Assembly (NCBI RefSeq): GCF_009914755.1
Contig: NC_060928.1
Source of the DNA: the human T2T-CHM13v2.0 reference genome, Homo sapiens
Length of the DNA stretch: 64,000 nt
Strand: one strand, 5' to 3'
Positions 55,533 to 64,000 of the stretch are shown in pieces. Both the position numbers and the translations under genes were made by a program. Each line of letters opens with the position of its first letter. Position 1 is the stretch's first letter. The notes under the pieces are model-generated. The model was given only the letters and a program-made list of their open reading frames with translations. It did no database searches and was not told where the DNA came from.

Positions 55533-56229
55533 GTCTGAATGGTTATTGTGACCCTTACACATTAAGTAAAGTAATATATTGATTTTAGAGGTAATTAGAA
55601 CTATGAAGTTAAAATGTGTAAAGATTCTTAAGTTGAAAATGGTAATTACTCTGATAACTATAGCTGAGTTTAACTGATATCAAATGCATTGCTATTTTCA
55701 TTATATTTTGAGTTTTCATGATTACATGGTTGCAGTATGAATCCAAAATGAGAGATTCAAAATCTCAAGTTACTAATTGGTCTCAGGCGGTGCTGTTCAA
55801 ATCATGCTAGCAAGAAAGCAATGTCTATTATATGAGCTTGAAAAAGGTAAAAATTCACATTTCCCTGGAATATAATTTCAATTTATTAGGGAAGTATTCT
55901 CTAAAGGATCAAATATACGTCAGATAAACATACAATAAGGAATCAAAATGGTTATTTAAAAGTGTAATCAAACTTTACCATTAAAAATGGGAGAGGGAGG
56001 TTTATAAGATCTCTTTTAATGAAAATCAAAATGGCTGTGCAGTTTATAATGTTTGAAAAAAGTGTCTTATTATCTCTCATATTTCTTTGCATTATATCAA
56101 AGCTTCACCTTTGATATAGTTATAAAACATATATTTATTGGAATATATATATAAAGTTATATTATTTACCATTATATTTTCAACTTTTTCCCTTATTTTC
56201 TCTAAATTACAATAGTCTCTGAGATAGTG

Positions 56230-56580
56230 CCAGTTTCTCTGTCACTGTACATATGCTATTCCCACGCTTAAAATGCTTTTATCATCCATATTTTTGGATA
56301 GTGAAATCATTTACACTCATTAAAACAAAGCTCAAAGATACTTCCCGCTGTGAAGTCTTTGCAACTCTCCTAGGCTGCTAAGGTTGCCACTTATGATGTA
56401 AATTTAAAGACACTTTGATATGCTTTTCTACCTGGCATTATGAGTCTAACTTTACATGCATTTCTCCACCTTGGAAGGTGAATTATTTAAAAGGTAGGAC
56501 ACGGTCTCATTCATCTCAGTATCCTCAGTCCTCAGCACAGTGTCTAGGACATTTTATCAATGTTTATCGCACAAATTAAG
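56230..56580 (+). mobile_element. L2 3' fragment
   Basis: ATGCTATTCCC...AGCTCAAAGATACTTCC...GGTAGGACACGGTCTCATTCATCTCAGTATCCTCAG..CTCAGCACAGTGTCTAGGACAT. Confidence 0.7.
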
Positions 56581-56989
56581 TGCCTGTTTAAATTCCAGGC
56601 ATGTATCTTTCAATGTAATATCCTGCATTTGTCCTGGTGAGGTATTGGGATGAGATGAAATACATGGCATTCAATGTCTTTTATCCCCACCCCAAGAATA
56701 AATCTGAAAAAACTTTAGTGACAAATTAATGTATTTTTTAAAGAATTTCATTTTAAACACCTAATTTTTACCTCTGTTTGCTGAGTGCCCACTTAAGCTA
56801 CACTGGAAGCATAGGAAACATTTTATTCTGTAGAAAGTAATCAATTTCTTATAGAAGGGTTTAAAAGCCTTTATTTATATGCCTATAATCTACTCTGTTT
56901 TTAGTCTAGTAACCACTAATCCAGTTTATATTTATTTTCCCTGCTTCTTGATGCTAAATAAATAAAGTTTAATCATAATACTTAGAAAC

Positions 56990-57125
56990 GTGATACAGGT
57001 AAGTGTTCCAATGCCTGGTGCCCTAAGGCAGACAGCCTGGCTTAAATCCCAGTCATGACACTTAAAATGCTGGTAAGTTTGAACAAGGCAGCAGATTGTT
57101 CTGTGACTCAGTTTTCTGACAGCAG
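56990..57125 (+). mobile_element. MIR SINE fragment
   Basis: GGCAGACAGCCTGGCTTAAATCCCAG...TTGAACAAG...CTGTGACTCAGTTTTCT. Confidence 0.65.
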
Positions 57126-57364
57126 ATGCTAGACTTTTAGCCAGGTTGTAAATGTTTGCAGGAGGCAAAGGAAAAATTGCATATGCTAGATCGTGCCGTG
57201 TTTCAGGGATAACTATGTTTAACACCGCCTGATATGTCTTCAATTCATGTATTTATTCATTTAAATATATTATGTGCCTATATGGTTGAGCCTCTGACTA
57301 GTAATTGTAAACTTATGTACCAGTTTGTAAAAATTGTAACAATAGCAATAATAACAATAATTGG

Positions 57365-59412
57365 GAGAGTATCATCAACCAGGCTGTGAAGCAAAAGATT
57401 CCAGCTTTTGTCTTCCCACCAAAACACAATAACTGGACAGCCATCCCTGAGTGACTATAACCTGGTAGAGCTCAGAAGTCAATTTAAGAAGGTACAACAA
57501 CATAGTAGAGGAAAAAAAGAATAACTGCACCAAAATGGTGAAAAAAGACACACTCATTTTGCTTGTATCATCCCATCCCCCAGGAAGACTTTGCTAACAA
57601 AAAGACGGAAATCCTTGTCTCACTAGTTTTCCTTCATAGGAAAAAGAAAAGCGGGATGAATAACCAGCTTCTTCAGACTTAGGGTCATTGCCCAGAGGGT
57701 CTCCTTTGCTGGTATCCTACCCAGCTCACTAAGGAAACTGGTATAGCTGACACATCTGGAAACAGCAAGAAACAAAGAAGTGTGGCACTATTAGTATCAG
57801 CCATGTGGCAGAAGCCACCATGGTACCCAGTGGCCTGCTCTACAGAGGACACCTGTATCCTTTATCTCCAGGGCCATAGTTTTTCACCTTTGCAGACTCC
57901 AGGTGCCTGAGCCACTGCCTCGCTAACATCCCGATCTCTGGAACTGTCCTGGGACCCAATGCAGCTACTGCATCTGAATGCCCAAACACAGCCCAGGCCT
58001 CAGCCATTGGCCCCAGGTCCCATTGCAAAACATGCATCCATGGTGGATCCCGCAGCTGTGTGTGCATGCAGCCAACCCAAACCTAAAATGTCAATCCTCA
58101 CTGCTTCTTGGGAACCTGCAAAAGGCAATAGAGCTGTGCACATGCACATTGCCAGCCCTGGGATCTACAGCTGCACATGTACAGGCAGCCAGCCCCTAAT
58201 CCTGTCGCTGGCCTGAACCACTGTACTTGTCCTTTCACCTACCTCCTTCAGCCACATACAGGCACAGTACCAACTATAATCCCTATAGAGAAGCACAACA
58301 TCTGCAGCCAGCCCCCACATCTAAGGACATGCATCATTAGCTCAGGTCCACATTGCTAATGATTTTGATCCCTTACTGCAGAATCTGGAAGTACTGCTGA
58401 AGATCCCAACAGCCCATATACCCTCTGTAGAATTCCTGAAGCTCTTGAAACCATGGGCTACCCAGTTTCCAGTGTTGCAGATCCCAGCTTCCCGAGTTTA
58501 AAAGATGCTGTGAACCGCAGAACTAAAGCCGCACATGTCCTTGTACTTGGTATCCGATGCCATAGCATGTTTCAGCATTCCCTTATCTTCCTTCCACTTC
58601 CCACAGTTGAAAGTCTTTTCACACCAAAGCTATTCCACATAATCTGGAAGAGATTACTGTTTCTTCAAATGTGAAGCCACTTATGCAAGGTGACAAGGAT
58701 CATGAAGAATCAGGAAAACGATACCACCAAAGAAAAACAATAAACTTGCAGTTACCAAATAAAAAACATGGAGATCCACAAATTTTCCAAAAAATGTCTC
58801 AAAATATTTGTTCTAAGGTAACTCAGTGAACTATAAAAGAAAACAGATACATAATTTAAGGACATTAGGACAACTATACAAGCACAAAATTAAAACTTTA
58901 ACCAAAAAATTGAAAAATAACGAAAGAACAAAATAAATTTTAGAGCTGAAGAATCCAATGACTGAACTAAAAAATGCAAAAGAAGGCCTCACTAGCAGAC
59001 TTGGTCACACAGAAGAAAGAATAAGCAAACCCAAAGTCCTAAATCTGGAAAAAAATTATGGAGGTCCAGGTACATGAAGCTCATAGATCTTCAATGAGAT
59101 TTAACCCAAAGAAGACTTCACGAAGATATATTATGCTCAAACGCCAAATATTGAAGGTAAATAAATAACTTGTAGCATCAAAAGAGAATAAGTTCTTTAC
59201 ATGCAGAAAATTTCCAAAATCTATCAGTAGATTTCTTAGCAGAACCTTTGAAGGTAGAAGAGAGTGGGATGATATAATCAAAGTGCTAATGAAAAAAGTA
59301 TACAAAAAAACTGTCAACCAACAATACTTTGCCTGGTAAAGCTTACTTTTGAAAAGCAAGGAGAAAGAAACATTTCTCCAGATAAACAAAAAACTGAGGC
59401 ATATCATCACCG
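57365..59412 (+). mobile_element. Old L1M 5' UTR plus ORF1 remnant
   Basis: GC-richer 5' UTR with recurring GCAGCCAGCCCC. ORF1 motifs from ~58700: ATGAAGAATCAGGAAAAC..ACCACCAAAG; GCAGACTTGGTCACACAGAAGAAAGAAT; AGAGAGTGGGATGATATAATCAAAGTGCT. Confidence 0.8.
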
Positions 59413-59847
59413 ATTTTTTTAAAATTTTTATATATTTGGGGGGTACAAACACAGGCTTCTTACATGCATACATCACATAGTGGTAAAGTCTAGGCTTTTA
59501 GTTTATCCATCATCTGAATAATGAACATTGTAAACAATAGGTAATTTTTAAACTCTCATTCCCTTCTGACCTTTCCACCTCTTGGAGTTTCCAATGTCTA
59601 TTATTTGACTGTATATTATGTCAATGTGTACTCATTATTTAGCTCCCATTTATAAGTGAGAGCATGCAGCATTTGACTTTCTGTTTATGAGTTATTTTAC
59701 TTAGGATAATGGCCTCTAGTTTCATCCATGTTGCTGCAAGATACAAGATTTCATTTTTTGTGTGTGTGTGTGGCTGAGTAGCATTCTGTGTATATATTGA
59801 CTATATCTCTTTATCCAGTCCTCTCTTGATGCATACTTAGGTTGATT
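59413..59847 (-). mobile_element. 5'-truncated L1MA1-3-like 3' end
   Basis: CATAGTGGTAAAGTCTAGGCTTTTAG...AATAGGTAATTTTT...TTTAGCTCCCATTTATAAGTGAGAGCATGCAG...TTCATCCATGTTGCTGCAA. Confidence 0.85.
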
Positions 59848-61080
59848 AGGGTTTTCTAGATGTAAGAGCATATTATCAGCAAATAAGGATAATTTTACCT
59901 TCTCTTTCTCAATTTGGATGCCATTTTTTCTCTTCACTCATTCCTCTGACAAGGACTTCCAGTTCTAGGTTGAATAGGAGTGATGAAAGTGGGCATAAGT
60001 AATGTATCAGGATACAAAATCAATATAGAAAATCAGCTGTATTTCCATACTCTAACAGGAAACTACAATAAAAATAAAGAAAGAAATCAATCCCATTTAC
60101 AGTCTAAAAAGAATAACATACTTAGGAATAAATTCCACCAAGGAGGTGAAATATCTGTATGCTAAAAACTGTAAGACATTGGTAAAAGCCATTGAAGAAG
60201 ATATAAATAAATGGAAAAATATCCTGTGTTCATGGATTGGGAGAATTGATATTGTTCAAATGTTTATACTACCCAAAGTGATCTACAGATTCAATGCAAT
60301 CTCTACCAAAATTCCAATAACAGTTTTGATAGAATTTTTTTTAAAACACCAAATTCATATAAAACCACCTTTACTATCTAAGCAATCTTGAACCAGAAGA
60401 ACCAAATCAGAGGCATCAAACTTCCTGATTTCAAATTATATTACAAAATGATAGTAATCAAAACATTATGTTATTGGCAGAAAACAGACACATAGGCAAA
60501 TAGAAAAAATAGAAAATCCAGAAATAAAACCACACATGCACAGTCAACTAATGTTTGGCAAAGGTGTCAAAAACACTCAATAGATAAAATCAGTGTTGTG
60601 GAATATTATTCAGACACACAAATAAGGAAATCTTGCTATTTATGAAAACATGGTTTAACTTGGAAGACATTATGCTAAGTCAAATAAGCCAGATGTGGAC
60701 AGACAAATACTGTATGATTGCACTTGTCTGTGGAATCTAAAAGAGTTGAACTCATACAAACAGAGAGTAGAATGGTGGTGACCAGAGGTCGAGAGGTGAG
60801 GGAAATGGGAAGATGTTGGTCAAAGGTTACACACTTACAGTATAAATAAATTTTATAGACCTAATGTGTAGCATGGTGACTATAGTTTATTAATTATAAT
60901 GTACACTTAAAAATTGCTAAGAGAATAGATCTTAAGCACTGTCAACACACACACAGATTATTATGTGAAGTGATGGATATGTTTTATGTGAAGTGATGGA
61001 TATGTTAGCTCAATTGTAATAATCATTTCACAATGTATGTGCATATGAAAGCATCGTGTTGTATACCTTGAATATGACCA
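59848..61080 (+). mobile_element. L1MA8/9-like element with inverted 5' segment (59848-59996) and internal deletion (~60590)
   Basis: The minus-strand piece encodes GIQIEKEKVKLSLFADNMLLHLENP. The plus-strand piece continues SGYKINI...INKWKNILCSWIGRIDIVQMFILPKVIYRFNAI. 3' UTR TTGGTCAAAGGTTAC...AGCATGGTGACTATAGTT...TTGCTAAGAGAATAGATCTTAAG. Confidence 0.82.
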
Positions 61081-61104
61081 TCTTGGTTACCTATATTGCT
61101 TAAG

Positions 61105-61320
61105 TAGTAATACCCATCTTTTGATTGAGTACTTACTGTATTTGCAATATTGTGTTAAGTTCTTTACATGTCTTGCTTCATTTAATTCTTACCCTTTTAG
61201 GGATTTTCAAGTTCTCGTTTCAAAGTTGTGGAAACTGGTGCTTAACAACATTAAACAACCAGTATTCTAAGTAACAGAAGCAAGTATAATTCTGACATAC
61301 TTGAACAGTAGAGCCAATAT
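61105..61320 (-). mobile_element. MIR SINE
   Basis: ATTGAGTACTTACTGTA...GTGTTAAGTTCTTTACATG...TCATTTAATTCTTAC...GGAAACTGGTGCTTA. Confidence 0.7.
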
Positions 61321-62015
61321 CTGACAACTAAAATACTATTCAATGATAAAATAAGGTAAACTTAGGCCAAAAATAGTTACAAAGTGTAAAACATTATATA
61401 ACTGTTAATTAAAATAAAGTTGTTAAGGATATTGGTGAGCTTTACTGTTAAGCATAATATTACATTAGAAAGGGTGATACAGTTTTATGGAATTTTATTC
61501 TGAAAAGGCTGAATTCTACTTTGGACTAGTGATGCTTCCTTTCTAAGTGGTTTTTGAGGGAGCTGTATTCACAAGTGTCACTGATAAATGGGATTCCTGA
61601 ATACCTCTTTAATATTATTGCATGTTATTTGCCACTGCCAATATCCCACTGAAGAGTTCCTTGGTAAACATGGTTTGGAGTACAAAATGTAGGCTCCACA
61701 CCCAAGAAGGTCATTCCTTAAAACCTTAAGTTACAATCTTGACAGCAAATGACAAAGGAAGCCTAGAAGATAAACAACCTAGGGAAGTGTAATACAAGGT
61801 GAAGAGAGTCTTCAAATACGCTAACTGGCTCCAAGTCACTCTACTCACAAATCCATGGATAGAAGAGAAAGCTGTAAAATAAAAATGTCATGGAATCAAA
61901 CTAATGAGTGATTGACATTCCTGGCTGTAAGGTAAAGCTAGAAAGTCAGTGGTTTAAAGAATGGATGCTAATCTCTCCAGAAGCATGTTTGTTTGATTCT
62001 AGATGTCATACTTAA

Positions 62016-62029
62016 TCACTAGGTGGCAC
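62016..62029 (+). promoter_or_regulatory. Candidate CTCF core motif
   Basis: TCACTAGGTGGCAC versus consensus CCASYAGRKGGCRS (one mismatch). Motif match only; binding not shown. Confidence 0.35.
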
Positions 62030-62454
62030 TGCTTGGAGTCTGGTATCAAACCCAAGGGCTCATGTTCTTTCCCACCTAGATCATCTTATATTTAATTAAG
62101 TGGAAAGAAGTATACACAAATACATAGAAAACACAGAAAACTTTTAGTAATATACACACCATAAAATTATAGTTTTTTCCAGCTAGAATAGATTTAATGG
62201 ATTTATGCAGAAGTAAATTGGTCTGGAATTCCTGGCACTAATTTTTCTTTTACGTTAAGCCAGGTGAATTATCTATAAGAAATAATAAAAGATGTGGTAA
62301 AATGTTTAAAAAAAAGGCATTTATCTAAAAGTCATGAGTGGGCTCCACACCTTGACTAATCCAAGATAACTATAACAATGTTGAATGTTATTTCTGTATT
62401 TTTGCTCTCTATATTTGAAATATTAACAAGTACTTTCTAGTTTGTATTTTGAGA

Positions 62455-62900
62455 ATTGTTTCAATCTATTCACCACTGTCATCCCTACTAGAACCTCATT
62501 AACGCAGGTTCTCATTAGGTCTCAATGTGATTATTTTAACAGCTTTCTAAGAATTTGTGTCTCCCTCCTCAATAATTATCTAAGATACAAATCTGCCCAT
62601 GTTGCCTCATCCTTGTAAGCATGCAATGGCTACACACCACCCCAGAGCAATGTTGAGCTTTTTAACATGGTATGGAAGACTCTTTATATCATTACTAATG
62701 CCTGCTTAACCAGTCATATTCTCCTCCATTCTCTGTCTTTCTGAGAGAATCCAGAAATGTTAAACTGCTTTTTTTTTTTCCATTTTCCCAGAAGCAAACA
62801 GTTTACAATTTTCTTCATTTGGATAACTTCTACTAATTAAGTTTGGCAGAACACCTCCTAATTCTAAAGCAATTACCCATTTTGTTACACGTACTCTTTA
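62455..62900 (+). mobile_element. L2 fragment
   Basis: GATTATTTTAACAGCTTTCTAA...CTAAGATACAAATCTGCCCATGTTGCC...CAATGGCT...TTTAACATGGTATGGAAGACTCT. Confidence 0.55.
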
Positions 62901-63425
62901 TAATCTTATAGTGTAGAAATTATTATAATATTACGAATTTTAAAAATCAGTCACCAAGATGCTAGGTTATGTTGTCGAAGTTATACTATTAGCAATGCAG
63001 GAGGTTAATCTCATATACTATTTCTTGAACACTACATTTCATTTTAAGGGAGGCTGGCGATCTAACCTACTATATTTTATAGAAAGCAACTTTGAATTTG
63101 ACTTATTCCTATATATCACAGAAGAAATGACCCATGATGTCTAGCTGACCACAAAATCACCCTTGATAGAGATGTTAAGAAACACATTTGTTATGACTAT
63201 TTGTGATCACTCTCTCAAGAAATAGCTTTGAACCCAAAGCAGATAAATTTGTTCCTAGTTTCCTTTATAGATAAATATGTATGTATTTGATCTATACAAA
63301 TTTGTATATTTGATTATATAAAATATGATATATGGACTATATATTGCCTCATCCTTAAATTTATAATCATTATAACTACTAGAATAGCACATATATGCAA
63401 TTAAAATATATATAAAAATATTTTA

Positions 63426-63830
<405 letters not shown>

Positions 63831-64000
63831 TTAATATGTATTTTTCCTTGATTATATTCAGAATTCTCATCTCCAATACAGTGCTCCAAAAATACATGTG
63901 AGACTTGTTTCTTTTTCCTTCAAAACTGAGATTCTTCTGCTTCCTTCCTTTCTGTCTCTTTTCCTCTTTCCTTTCTTTCTCACTTCAGAAATGTATATCA

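Overview
AT-rich, repeat-dense primate (most likely human) intergenic or deep-intronic DNA. I see no protein-coding gene, RNA gene or CpG island. Every ORF in the track is either a frameshifted L1 ORF1/ORF2 remnant, an Alu-derived frame, a translation of low-complexity sequence, or a short chance frame. The window holds: a near full-length old L1 (9.5-16.3 kb, minus strand) lying tail-to-tail with an internally deleted L1; a 5'-truncated L1PA13-like element; a rearranged L1M mosaic at 57.4-61.1 kb; about ten Alu or Alu-monomer copies; solo LTRs (LTR22/HML-5, THE1, several MLT1, LTR16-like); MER2 and MER5; many MIR/L2 relics; and simple repeats. Subfamily names come from my recall of consensus sequences, not from a search. 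I found no convincing undescribed biological system. The best oddities are an Alu with AluYb8 diagnostic bases but no Yb 7-bp duplication, an L1 fused from mid-ORF1 to its last ~100 bp, a twin-priming-like L1 inversion, a three-arm Alu inside one TSD, and a few speculative regulatory motif clusters.
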